A DNA stretch of 64,000 nucleotides from Octopus vulgaris (Eukaryota): the NCBI GenBank assembly GCA_951406725.2, contig OX597831.1, positions 77,066,001-77,130,000 of the forward strand, read 5' to 3'. Made by a program: the position numbers and the translations under genes. This document shows, one piece after another, positions 14,990 through 28,001 of this stretch. Position 1 is the stretch's first letter. Each line of letters begins with the position of its first letter. Under the pieces are notes generated by a model. It made no database searches. It had not been told where the DNA came from and saw only the letters and a program-made list of their open reading frames with translations.

Positions 14990-16022
14990 CACACATATGT
15001 TCTACGGGCTTCTTTCATCTAGCAAATCCACTCACAAAGCTTTGGTCGGCCCGAGGCTTCAATAGAAGACACTTGCCCAAGGTGCCATGCAGTGGGACTG
15101 AACCCGGATCCATGTGGTTGAGAAGGAAACGTCTTAATGACACTGCCACTCCGTTATTCCTTCTCGTGTCTCTTCACGAATTCCAAATAAGACTAAGGTC
15201 ACGGGAAGACGATATAATTATCTAGAATTATCAACAGCGAACATTTAATTAAAGTAATTAAGAAACTCATCAACCTGGAAATTGCGTATTTTATTCACTT
15301 AAGACGCACAAATTTACGCACGTGCAAATTTAGAAAAGGACCGACGAAAGGACGAAAAACGAAACTTGGTCTCCAGAAACCACAAAAAGAAACAAAATCT
15401 TTATCAGGCCAGCACAACGAAGGCTAGCAGGTACAAACTTCGAAGTCACTGTTACCTCTTTTCTTGTAAACATATAAATAATACATCCTCGTAACCTAGA
15501 GGTTCGGCAAAAGATCCCGATAGAATAAGTAAGTACTAGACTTACAAAGAATAAGTCCTGGGGGTCAATTTGTCCGACTGAAGGCAGTGCTCCAGCATGG
15601 CCGCAGTCAAATGACTGAAACAAGTAAAAAAATGTATGCATGTCTGTCTGTCTGTATGTATGTATGTATGTATGTATGTATGTATGTATGTATGTATGTG
15701 TGTATGTCATCGTTCAGTTTTATTTCAAGATGTCTTGCCTATACAGAAAGAGCCGGTTTCTAACCTAGATCCAAGGCTCCTTCATTGGAATTTTAACATC
15801 AACAACAGGGTATTTTTTGTGTATGTATGTATGTATATGTATGTATGTATGTATATGTGTGTGCGCATGTGTTGTATGTGTCTATATGTATACAACATTT
15901 ATGTATATGATCTGACAGTGTGGTAAGTGCTTACGTACGAAACTCTCGTCCCATGTGTCACTCTACTACTTCTGCCAAATATTAATAAACAAAATGTATA
16001 CATACATACATACATACATACA

Positions 16023-16055
<33 letters not shown>

Positions 16056-16174
16056 GTATATATATACATACATATATATATATATATATATATTTTTCAA
16101 AATGTGACCTCGTGTGTACCGTTGGCGATTTTTTTCCCTCTGTCTTCCCTTATCTGGATCTTTCCTTCTCCTAT

Positions 16175-16209
16175 GTTTCCGACGAAGAGCTCCGCTCGAA
16201 ACGTTAAAC
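16175..16209 (+). ncRNA. Minimal type I hammerhead-ribozyme motif (U4C variant) in a Penelope-type repeat
   Basis: GTTT-CCGACGA-A-GAGC-TCC-GCTC-GAAAC-GTT-AAAC: stem I GTTT/AAAC, stem II GAGC/GCTC, palindromic AACGTT stem III. Confidence 0.55.
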
Positions 16210-16356
16210 CCTCCTTCTTTCCTTCTTTCCTGAGCGTCCAATAATACTATATTTGTTCCACGTCCTCACGTTGTTGTGTTTTTTTTTTTGTGTTTTCTTG
16301 TTTGGATTAACTTTATATACATATATATATACATATATATAGTGTGTATGTGTGTG

Positions 16357-16451
<95 letters not shown>

Positions 16452-16605
16452 AGCACCAAGTACTTCGTGACAGTGTGGCTGAAATATTTTCATCCTGAGC
16501 TTTGTTCGAGATAACAAAGAAAGCTAAGTGAGGCCACGACGTGGCATCAACGCCATCACATCCCATAAATCACCCCGTTAGTATATTAACTTTCCCATTT
16601 TTCAG

Positions 16606-16676
16606 CACCAACATGTGCGGTGGATGCTTCGCCGAATGTTTCGATGACAAAAACCAATCAATAACGTGCCAACTAA
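16606..16676 (+). CDS. Small secreted 8-Cys peptide, coding exon 3 (R-TNMCGGCFAECFDDKNQSITCQL-N)
   Basis: tttcccatttttCAG acceptor, GTGAGT donor at 16677, phase 2 to phase 1; completes an N-x-CGGC-x-A motif. Confidence 0.85.
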
Positions 16677-17415
16677 GTGAGTGCCATTTTGGTTTTTCCT
16701 TTACTCATCTTATTGTTGTTGACTTTGCAGTTGTTGTTGTTGAAATTATTGTTGTTGTAATTAGTGTTGTGGTTATTGTTTTTGTTTTTGTTGTTCCTGT
16801 TGTTGCTATTGTTGTTGTTCTTGTTCTTGTTATTCTTGTTATAACTGCCGTTGTTGTTGTTGCTGTTTTTTGAGGTTGTTGTTGTAGCTGTTGTTTTCTT
16901 TTTAGCCCTAGGCAAGTCATTTTACTCGTTACCAGTGCTTACTACAGAAATTACATAAATGGTTAATTTAGACATCAAGCCAGCAATTTTTCATGTGGGG
17001 ATGGTGGACGGGGGGGGAGGCAAACCAATTACATTGATCCCAGTATTTGACTGGTACTTTATTTAACCGACCCCCCCCCCCACACACACACACCAAAAAA
17101 AATGAACGGTAAAGTCGACCTCTGTGGGATTCGAACTCAACAACGACAACATCTTCCAATATGTCCTGCCATCAACGCAAAGTCTAGCAGGTTGATCGAT
17201 GTATTAGAAATATCAATCAAATCTCCCACTGCTCCGCTGGTTTCAGTACCACGTAAGAGGCACCTGTTCTGATGCCACATAAACGGCACCTGTGTTGATG
17301 CCACGTTAAAAGTGCTGGTGGTGTATTTAGCGCTCCGCCAGAGGGCGCATTAAAACAATTGTTGCTATTTTCCAATACCTATGGCATAAAGCAGGGGTCA
17401 ATACTTATGGCCTAA

Positions 17416-17815
17416 AGGCGGCGAGCTGGCAGAAACGTTAGCGCACCGGGCGAGATGCTTAGCGATATTTCGTCTGCCGCTACGTTCTGAGTTCAAATTC
17501 CGCCGAGGTCGACTTTGCCTTTCATCCTTTCGGGGTCGATAAATTAAGTACCAGTTACGCACTGAGGTCGATATAATCGACTTAATCCCTTTTTCTGTCC
17601 TTATTTGTCTCCTCTGTGTTTAGCCCCTTGTGGGTAGTAAAGAAATAGGTATTTTGTCTGTCTTTATGTTCTGAGTTCAAATTCCGCGGAGGTCGACTTT
17701 GTCTTTCATCCTTTCGGGGTCGATAAATTAAGGACCAGTTGCGTACTGGGGTCGATCTTATGGACTGGCACCGCTCCCACCAAACTTCGGGCCTTGTGCC
17801 TAGGATAGAAAAGAA
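17416..17815 (+). mobile_element. tRNA-derived SINE family B (two internal units)
   Basis: GGCGGCGAGCTGGCAGAAACGTTAGC...GAGTTCAAATTCCGCC head then GTCGACTTTGCCTTTCATCCTTTCGGGGTCGATAAATTAAGTACC centre; other copies at about 9305-9515, 21690-22045, 29445-30090, 45130-47020, 48715-48920, 60600-60830 and 63110-63310. Confidence 0.9.
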
Positions 17816-18099
17816 TACTTCAACACATTGTTGACGGTTGGCCTCCTCAGTAGAAATGATTTGTTATAAAAATATCACCAGATTCGAAACGATGTTTCCT
17901 CTCTTCATTTTTAATACTTATTAATGTCTTCATCTTTTTTTTTTTATTGTTGGTTAAACGATTTTTTTAGTTGAAGGAGGCAACCAAAAGTACCGATTTT
18001 GCTCGTAAAACGGGGAGGGGAGATAACCCAATTTTTTAATGGGGGTGAGATAACCAAAAAGTACCCGGAAGGTTATTCAATACATTTTATAGCGTACAT

Positions 18100-18498
18100 A
18101 CTCTTTACTCTTTTACTTGTTTCAGTCATTTGACTGCGGCCATGCTGGAGCACCGCCTTTAGTCGAGCAAATCGACCCCGGGACTTATTCTTTGTAAGTC
18201 TAGTACTTACTTATTCTATCGGTCTCTTTTGCCGAACCGCTAGTGTGACGGGGACGTAAACACACCAGCATCGGTTGTCAAGCAATGCTAGGGGGACAAA
18301 CACACACACACAAACACACACACATACATACATATATATACATATATACGACAGGCTTCTTTCAGTTTCCGTCTACCAAATCCACTCACAAGGCATTGGT
18401 CGGCCCGGGGCTATAGCAGAAGACACTTGCCCAAGATGCCACGCAGTGGGACTGAACCCAGAACCATGTGGTTGGTTAGCAAGCTACTTACCACACAG
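18100..18498 (-). mobile_element. SINE family A, near full length
   Basis: Matches the family A consensus on the minus strand. Confidence 0.9.
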
Positions 18499-18610
18499 CT
18501 ACAAGAATATAATGATTTTTGTCGTTTTTAAACCTGTTTAACATGCATCGGACCGTCCTATTTATAATCATGTTTTTTTTTTTTTTCCATTTCTTTTCTC
18601 TCCTCTGCAG

Positions 18611-18639
18611 ATGACTCGACGCGAGAGACAATAGAATAA
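18611..18639 (+). CDS. Small secreted 8-Cys peptide, last coding exon (N-DSTRETIE-stop)
   Basis: Long polypyrimidine tract + tgCAG acceptor (18610), phase-1 join, TAA at 18637-18639; AATAAA motifs downstream (about 18691, 18840, 18925). Confidence 0.75.
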
Positions 18640-19250
18640 GAGAAAGAACTTCGAAACAATCATTTCACAGATCGCCGATATAAAAAAAGGAATAAAATGA
18701 AATAAATAAATACACCCAAAAGTGAAACCCAGACAAGGGTTGAATGGGAGAACCCGTTGAATGGAAGAAACGCAGAAGAACAACAGAAAAATGTCTATTT
18801 GTTTATATTTAAGATATTCTCAAAGCTCATAATAATATTAATAAAAAAACCCGTTTCCTTGTGAACAAAGAACACATGACTTAACACGTTTAATGTATTT
18901 CCGTTGATTTTATTTCATATGAATAATAAATGATATTATGCAGGTACACCGGATAATTCGGCACCTCTTTTAATGCAGATATAATTATGCGAAGACGCTT
19001 GTATTTCTTGCAAACATTATAAGTATATTCCGTTTTGTTTAAACTACCAAACCTTCGCGACACACATTAGTTTATATACTAGACACACATCGTGAAAGCC
19101 GAAGCACAACTTCTGCACCTAACTGTAGTTATATAATGATGCGAACGTTTAAAACTAAATGTAACCCCTCGTACAAAACACCGGAGGACGATTTCTCTGT
19201 GAAGCATACAAATACATTTAGATTCGCAATTATGAGGTATGTACATAATC

Positions 19251-19290
<40 letters not shown>

Positions 19291-19441
19291 CCAGAGCCAT
19301 TCACCCGATGACGAATACATAGCTATTGCTGGATAATATTTATATAATATGTATAATATGAGAAACACCCGGCAACTAACAGCTGATGCTAGTGCACAGA
19401 AACAATTGTTGTGATTTGGATTAAAGCCTGTTCATGTATTT

Positions 19442-19617
<176 letters not shown>

Positions 19618-19704
19618 CATATACATATATATATATATATATACATACATATATATATATATACATACATATATATATATACATACATATATATATATAC
19701 ATAC

Positions 19705-19760
<56 letters not shown>

Positions 19761-19850
19761 TATATACATAAGCTTTGGAAGCGTCGAATGTGTTTGGTAT
19801 CTTTCAGGCAAAAAAGTAATACTTCGAATGTAGTATAGCGGTGAAAATAT

Positions 19851-20119
19851 CAGAACGATTGGGTATTTTACCCTTATAAGACGAGAAAAGTTTCCAGCAA
19901 TCAGCTACGGGAATCGAACTTGTAACCCTCAGATGAGCAAATGCAAGTACTCAGTCGGTACAAGGTTGAATTTCATAGCTGGCAGACAGCTATGGAATTC
20001 AACCCTGTACCCCTCAAATACCGGTTGAATACGTTACCAGTCTGATACGGGTTCGTGTCTCGTAGCTGACTGTTGGAAACTTTTCTCGTCTTATAAGGGT
20101 AAAATGCCCAATATTTCTG
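19851..20119. mobile_element. Fold-back (MITE-like) element with nested inverted repeats
   Basis: ATTGGGTATTTTACCCTTATAAGACGAGAAAAGTTTCC...CAGCTACG pairs with CGTAGCTG...GGAAACTTTTCTCGTCTTATAAGGGTAAAATGCCCAAT; central hairpin GGTTGAATTTCATAGCT/AGCTATGGAATTCAACC. Confidence 0.75.
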
Positions 20120-20132
20120 TATATATATATAC

Positions 20133-20435
20133 AAATATTAAAGGAAATAGAGACTATTTTATGATTTAGCAGTCATTACATGGAATTTTTGTCTGTTTTT
20201 TTAAAACAAATACTACCCTTAGGAGACTCATAGCCATCAACGTGAATTTTTATAAATTCACATTGATGGTTATGAGTCGAAACAAACTGTTGGATGTCTA
20301 TTTGTTTTAATTATTTGTTATTATATCATATTATATTATATTATATTATATCTTTTTATAGAATAATTATATTATATTATAATGTAAATAAATTTTAAAT
20401 ATGTTAATTGTATCTCTCTAGTTCCTTTAATATTT
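20133..20435. repeat. Second fold-back element with central 25-bp-stem hairpin (20225-20278)
   Basis: GACTCATAGCCATCAACGTGAATTT / AAATTCACATTGATGGTTATGAGTC; outer arms AAATATTAAAGGAAATAGAGA / TCTCTAGTTCCTTTAATATTT. Confidence 0.65.
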
Positions 20436-20533
20436 ATATATTAAAATAATGCCATTTTATTTGTGGTATCCACCAGTGGAAACTGGATGCTTTCCATCAC
20501 TTTAAACGAAATGGGTTTTTTTTCCTACGTTTG

Positions 20534-20597
<64 letters not shown>

Positions 20598-21179
20598 CAA
20601 TAGGTGAATGAATTATCCTATGTTTATCGTCGGCATGGAAAATTCGTTGAACCGATACCAGGGTAGCAAATTTACGTCAGAAACACGGTTGAAGCGACCT
20701 GTCCAAGGATAGAAATTCCGGGTTCATGTGCAGAAATTTGTGTGTTGTATATGAATAAATGAAAGAATGGAGTCGAACGAAGATGTTAACAAAATTCCTT
20801 TACTCTCGACATATGTTTCGAAGACAACATGGTTTCATTCCAAAGGAATATATATATATATATAACCACCTTAAGGAATAGAAACTATCCAATTAATTAC
20901 TGGTTTGTTACCTATTATATTTCTTAAGTAATAGGTTAGAGTATAAAACTTTGTTTATAAAAATTAAAATTAAAATCCAGAAGATGGAGAAGTTGCGTTA
21001 ATATAATTTATTGACTGCAAAAATTCAACATGTTCCTTACAGCTGTTTCGATATTGCGAAGATTAATTAAATCCAGGAAGTAAAACATTTGGGGTGGGGT
21101 GGAGGCAAAATCTCATCGTAGTTAATAAATTATATTCCTGCTATTTTTCCAGTTTCTGCATTTTAATTTGAATATATGT

Positions 21180-21272
<93 letters not shown>

Positions 21273-22192
21273 CTATGTGGTAGACATATTTAAACTAGGA
21301 AAATTTAACTATTCCTCTGTAGATTGAAACAAAATGGACATATAGGCGCAGGAGTGGCTGTGTGGTAAGTAGTTTGTTTACCAACCACATGGTTCCGGGT
21401 TCAGTTCCACTGCGTGGCACCTTGGGTAAGTGTCTTCTACTATAGCCTTATTGGATTCTCATCTATAGCCCTTGGCCAACCCTAGACAAATAAGCTGCCA
21501 GTCTGTTTATAAAGACAAGAAATCCAGTAACTTCAGGGAGTCGGATCTATTGGTTTACATACCATAAGTATTTAGAATGGGATTCGGGATCTGCTGCCAG
21601 TCAACGGGAAACTTAGTCCACACAGCATCAAGGTCTTGAAACAGACGTATAAAGTTATAAACCCCTTATTCGCATAGTGTTATTTATTTCTTTATTGCCT
21701 ACAGGGGGCTAAACATAGAGGGGACATACAAAGACAGATAAAGGGATTACGTCGATTACATCGACCCCACCGATTAACTGGTACTTATTTAATCAATCTC
21801 GAAAGGATGAAAGGCAAAGTTGACCTCTTCAGAATTTGAACTCAGAACGTAGCGACAGACGAAATACCTATTTCTTTATTACCCACAAGGGGGTAAATAC
21901 AGAGAGGACAAACAAGGACAGACAAACGGATTAAGTCGATTATATCTACCCCAGCGCATAACTGGTACTTATTTAATCGACTCCGAAAGGATGAAAGGCA
22001 AAGTCGACCTCGGCAGAATTTGAACTCAGAACGTAACGGCAGAAGCGCATTGAGTAAACCAGCTGGAGAATATGTCTTCCTGGCGCTAGAAGGCAGTATA
22101 GTCGTCTCTTAGTGGACAATCACATTGAATTGGCCATTAGCAATACGAATTTATTTCAAGTTCTCTCGAAAGTTAAAAAAATTCTTATGTAT

Positions 22193-22356
22193 AAGCGTAG
22201 GAGTGGCTGTGTGTTAAGTAGCATGCTTACCAACCACATGATTCCGGGTTCAGTCCCACTGCGTGGCACCTTGGGCAAGTGTCTTCTACTATAGCCTCGG
22301 GCCGACCAAAACCTTGTGAGTGGATTTGGTAGACGGAAACTGAAAGAAGCCCGTAG

Positions 22357-22390
<34 letters not shown>

Positions 22391-22447
22391 TGTATGTATG
22401 TATGTATGTATGTATGTATGTATGTATGTATATACATACATATATAT

Positions 22448-22501
<54 letters not shown>

Positions 22502-22724
22502 TATGTATGTATGTGGATATGTTTGTGTGTCTGTGTTTGTCCCCCCCAACATCGCTTGACAACCGATGTTGGAGTGTTTACGTCCCTGTAACTTAGCGGT
22601 TCGGCAAAAGAGACCAATAGAATAAGTACTAGGCTTACAAAGAATAAGTCCTGGGGTCAATTCGCTCGACTAAAGACAATGCTCCAGCATGGCCGCAGTC
22701 AAATGACTGAAACAAGTAAAAGAG
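22193..22724 (+). mobile_element. SINE family A, full length with expanded internal (TATG)n/(TA)n
   Basis: Consensus head and tail present; further copies at about 23072-23250 (+), 23605-23992 (-) and 24010-24440 (-). Confidence 0.9.
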
Positions 22725-22736
22725 TATGTCAACAAG

Positions 22737-22796
<60 letters not shown>

Positions 22797-23831
22797 AAAA
22801 ATTGGTTGCAAAGATTTTGTAGCGAAAAAGTTACTGATGACGTGTCAGTGTTTTCTAGAATTTTACACAGAAGTATCATATCGTGACTTTTTTAAATCCG
22901 GCAAAATAGGTAACCCCATGCCGCCAACGCTGCCACAACTCCCCCCCCACTACTACTACTACTACTACAATCCTGCACTGCACTCCTTTGGTTAGAGGCT
23001 AGCTATCTCGGTTTCTATAATGCGCATGCCGCTGAGAATACAATGTTCCTCTTCTCCCCGAACTATGTATAAGCGTACGAGTGGCTGTGTGGTAAGTAGC
23101 TTGCTTACCAACCACATGATTCCGGGTTCAGTCCCACTGCGTGGCACCTTGGGCTAGTGTCTTCTACTATAGCCCCGGGCCGATCAAAACCTTGTGAGTG
23201 GATTTGGTAGACGGAAACTGAAAGAAACCCGTCTTATATATATGTATGTATGTAGTTCCACGGTATGTAGTATCGCCGGTACTTATGCTCAGCAGAGTGG
23301 ACTAAAGTAACGTACAGTGAAAGGTTTTTCTCAAGAATACATCAAACGCCGCCCCGTCTGGGAATCGAAACTACGACCGTATATACTTGCGACATAAGCT
23401 ATGACATTGAAAGACATTCCAGCGGTGACCATCTAAGCTATTCTATTTCACACATAGAATATCTGGAACTTCATTATTGAACTGTATCCTTCCTTTCTAA
23501 CACATATAAAGTATGATTTACAATGAGTTTGGCTATTATTTCTAAAGGGTCAAATGGACACCAAATGATTCCCGCTTTAGCTCGAGAGAACTGTTCATTT
23601 TTTTTATTCTTTTACTGGTTTCAGTCATTTGACTGCAGCCATGCTGGAGCACCACATTTTAGTCGAACAAATCGACCGCAGGACTTATTCTTTATAAGCC
23701 TAGTACTTATTCTCTCGGTCTTTTTTGCCGAACCGCTAAGTTACGGGTACGTAAACACACCAACATCGGGTGTCAAGTGATGCTGTGTGTGTGTGTGTGT
23801 GGACAAACACGGACACGGACACACACACACA

Positions 23832-23905
<74 letters not shown>

Positions 23906-24196
23906 ATGGGATTCTTTCAGTTTCCGTCTGCTAAATCCACCCACAAGGCTTTGGTTGGCCCGAGGCTATAGTAGAAAACACTTGTCCAAGGTTGTGTTTA
24001 GTGTTTTCTTTCCTTGTTCGTAGTCATTAGATTGCGGCCATGCTGGGGCATCGCCTTGAAAAGTTTAGCCGAACAAATCGACCCCAGGACTTTATTTTTT
24101 TTATAGCCTGGCAATTATTCTATCGATATCTTTTTGCCGAACCGCTATGTTACAGGGACAGAGACAAACAAACTCCGGCTGTCAGCAGTGATTGAG

Positions 24197-24270
<74 letters not shown>

Positions 24271-25234
24271 CATACGACAGGCTTCTATCAGTTTACGGCT
24301 AACAAATCCACTCACAAGGCTTTGATTAGCTCATGGCTACAGTAGAAGACACTTACCCAAGGTGCTACACAGTGGGATTGAACCCGGATCCATGTGATTG
24401 GGAAGCACGCTTATAATAAGGAGCTTGCTTTCCAGCCACACCTAAATAAATAAATGAAAATTTAGGATGGTCTATTCGGTAGAGAGTCTGGCAGGATATA
24501 ATGTGTAATTTCTGATTATATCATTTTATGTTTTGAGTTCGATTCCAGCTCACAGCAAATTCTTCTCTCAGCCGTCCGTAGTCAAATTACAGAAAGTACC
24601 AATTAAAGGACAGTTTTATGACGAGGACGTCGATATAATCGACTGTAGTCCGTCTTAAAAGCTCTGCCCCAGCGTGGTCGTTGGCTAATGGCTAAGACGA
24701 GGAACAGATCCAAATCAACATAAGGGTCCCCTAGATGAAAATCTAGTTTGCTAGAATAAGAATTCACTGCGTTGTTGAAATGTAGAGCGCAATGGACAAC
24801 GTAGTCTGAAAATCTTGGATGCGATGGTCACGGTTGGAGCATAGATATGCTCGATCGTAGCTAACCTAGGCTTAACCATTTAGCAGTAGAAATGGTTCTT
24901 GTTGTAAGGGAAATAACTCCTCTCAAGAGTTCTTTTTCTTGAGGAATTATATCTACATGCTTAATCACAGAAATGATTTTTTTTTAGATTAGGCACGGGT
25001 CCCAATGCTAACGTAAAATGAGATTATGAGGCGTTCATTCTAATCCTAAAGATATTATGTAGTACAATAGACACAACTGTCATCCCGATAATATATATAT
25101 TTATGATAGTGTATATTTATGATAATACATGTATATATAATATAATTCGATTTTGACCCTGCAGGCACCGAATATACATATATATATATGTATATATATA
25201 TACTCTTTATATATATATATATATATATATATAC

Positions 25235-25402
<168 letters not shown>

Positions 25403-25486
25403 AGCAAAATTCTTTGGCTGCTATTTCTAAAAGTTCGGTGTGTGGTAAAGCAATTTTTTTTTGCCGAACCCTAATTATATAAAGTA

Positions 25487-25519
<33 letters not shown>

Positions 25520-25547
25520 CATGTATATATATATAAATATATATATA

Positions 25548-26200
25548 TTACCAGGATGGCGACAAAGTGCAGACGACTGGCTGGCTGGATTCTAAGAACA
25601 TTCAGAACCAGAGATAAGGAAACCATGATGGTTCTCTGACGGACATTCGTCCTCAGCCGCCTGGATTACTGCTCACAGCGGACCTTGTAGCAATCCAGAG
25701 AAGATTCACTAAGAAGATCGTCTCTTTGCAACAGCTCAGCTACTGAGAAAGGTTGAAACAGCTAAGACTCTACTCCCTGAAAGAAGACGGGAGAGGTATG
25801 CAATAATATATGTCTGGAAGATCCTGGAAGTAATTGTGCCAAATTTTGGCATTGTAAGATACACCAATGCCAGAACGGGATGACATTGCATGGTGCCAAA
25901 GATCCTAGCAATGCCATCACGCTTCAGGACCAGTTACTGCAACAGCCTGGGTTTCAAGGGCCCACAGCTTTTTAATATTCTCCCAAAGGGATGAGGAACT
26001 TGCACAAAGTAGATCAAAGCTGGACCTCTTCCTGTTGAGAGTCCCAGATGAGCCTACCTTATGGCAAGAGGTGCAAATAAGGGTAGCTATATCAAACTCC
26101 ATTCTTTATCAAGTGCCATATATTAGAGGAGGCTCCTAGTAATAACAGTGTAGCACAAAACGGCGGTGCATCAGCATGGCCGCAGCTCTGAGCTAAAACT
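25548..26200 (+). mobile_element. 5'-truncated degenerate CR1/L2-type LINE (RT C-terminus + 3' tail)
   Basis: GWILRTFRTRDKETMMVL*RTFVLSRLDYCSQ...RRERYAIIYVWKILE with stops and frameshifts; homologous to the copy at 33190. Confidence 0.85.
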
Positions 26201-26215
26201 TTAAAAAGAAAAAAA

Positions 26216-26260
<45 letters not shown>

Positions 26261-26470
26261 CTATATGTATATATATATATATTTAAATATTTATATGTAT
26301 ATATTATACATGGCTAAATGGCATATATGACCATTATATATATATATATACTATTGATACTTTGATACTTTGATAGGTTTCATGCCATTATTGGCCCAGG
26401 CCATGTCTAACTTAATAGCACCACCTGTATATATGTATATATATAATTTTTTTGTACTTAGCTGTGAAAG

Positions 26471-26664
<194 letters not shown>

Positions 26665-26675
26665 CATACATATAT

Positions 26676-26721
<46 letters not shown>

Positions 26722-26996
26722 ATATATAGGTCTGCATATTAAGAAAGAATCCGAAGATTAAAATATTTATATATACCAATTAAGGACTGAACACGAAAAG
26801 TGGACAGTATATATATATGTCTATATATATAAACAAGTGAAAATATATATATATGTATATATATATCACATATACATATGTATATATAGTCTATATATAT
26901 ATATATATTAGGATATATATATATATATATATATATATACCACATAACACACACACACATATATATATGTATATATAGTGGTCACTCTCTTATATT

Positions 26997-27048
<52 letters not shown>

Positions 27049-27049
27049 A

Positions 27050-27390
27050 GCGTCGCCTTACTGGCACATGAAAAAACATTTGACTGAAGTTGTTGCCAGT
27101 GCCGTTGGACTGGCTCCTGTGCAGGTGGCACGTAAAAAACACCATTTGAGCTTGACCGTTGCCAGTACTGCCTGACTGGCCCTCGTGCCGATGGCATGTA
27201 AAAGCACCCACTACACTCTCGGAGTGGTTGGCGTTAGGATGGGCTTCCAGCTGTAGAAACTCTGCCAGATCAAGATTGGAGCCTGGATGAAGCCATCTGG
27301 TTCGCCAGTCCTCAGTCAAACCATCCAACCCATGCTAGCATGGAAAGCAGACGTTAAACGATGATGATAATGATGATGATGATGATGATG
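27050..27390 (+). mobile_element. RTE-LINE 3' UTR-derived repeat ending in (GAT)n; others at about 31830-32200 (-), 43365-43780 (+), 45350-45740 (-) and 51300-51596 (+)
   Basis: GGCACGTAAAAAGCACC subrepeats and a CAACCCATGCTAGCATGGAAAGCGGACGTTAAACGATGATG end, matching the 3' UTR of the RTE copy at 34020-35066. Confidence 0.8.
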
Positions 27391-27607
27391 ATATATGCAT
27401 ATATATATATATATATTTATATACATAGGTGCAGGAGTGCCTGAGTGGTAAGTAGCTTGCTTACCAACCATATGGTTCCAGGTTCAGTTCCCCCCGGGAT
27501 CAGTCCTATGGCCGTAGTCAATTGATTGAATTAAATAAAAGAATAAATCAGAAATACTAAATTTCTAAATCTCTCGTAGAGACATGTACGGTGGTGGGGT
27601 GATAGAA

Positions 27608-27893
27608 TGGTTGTATACTCTCAATCTAACATGAATGTGACAGTAGGGGGTTACACCACCGCTGTTTAGCCCTAGGAAGCATCGACGTCTCCTGATGGCT
27701 TTGACATATTTTTCCTGTGTCCTTATATACATTTACGAAGGGGAGACAAATACCCCCAGCCCCCTTCGTAAATGTATATAAGGACACAGGAAAAATGTGT
27801 CAAAGCCATCAGGCGTCGATGCTTCCTAGGGCTAAACAGCAGTGGTGTAACCCCCTACTGTCATGTTCATGTTAGATTGATAGTATACAACCA
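27608..27893. repeat. Long near-perfect palindrome (about 135-bp arms, 17-nt loop), MITE/fold-back-like
   Basis: TGGTTGTATACT...CATTTACGAAGGGG (27608-27743) pairs with CCCCTTCGTAAATG...AGTATACAACCA (27761-27893). Confidence 0.9.
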
Positions 27894-28001
27894 ATAAAAG
27901 AATATATTTATATATATGTTTATGTAACTGTTTGTGTATGTTCCATTTGTGTTCTCTTCTAGTTTTCATTACACACACACAGCACACAAAACATAGAGAG
28001 A

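Noticed and set aside
20800-21085. Additional hammerheads on minus (GAAAC-ATAT-GTC at about 20810; GAAAC-AGCT-GTA at about 21045) and similar motifs at about 3170-3195 and 57115-57142
   Set aside because: Only half of the core is recognisable in each case; probably Penelope pLTR relics but not supportable as ribozymes.
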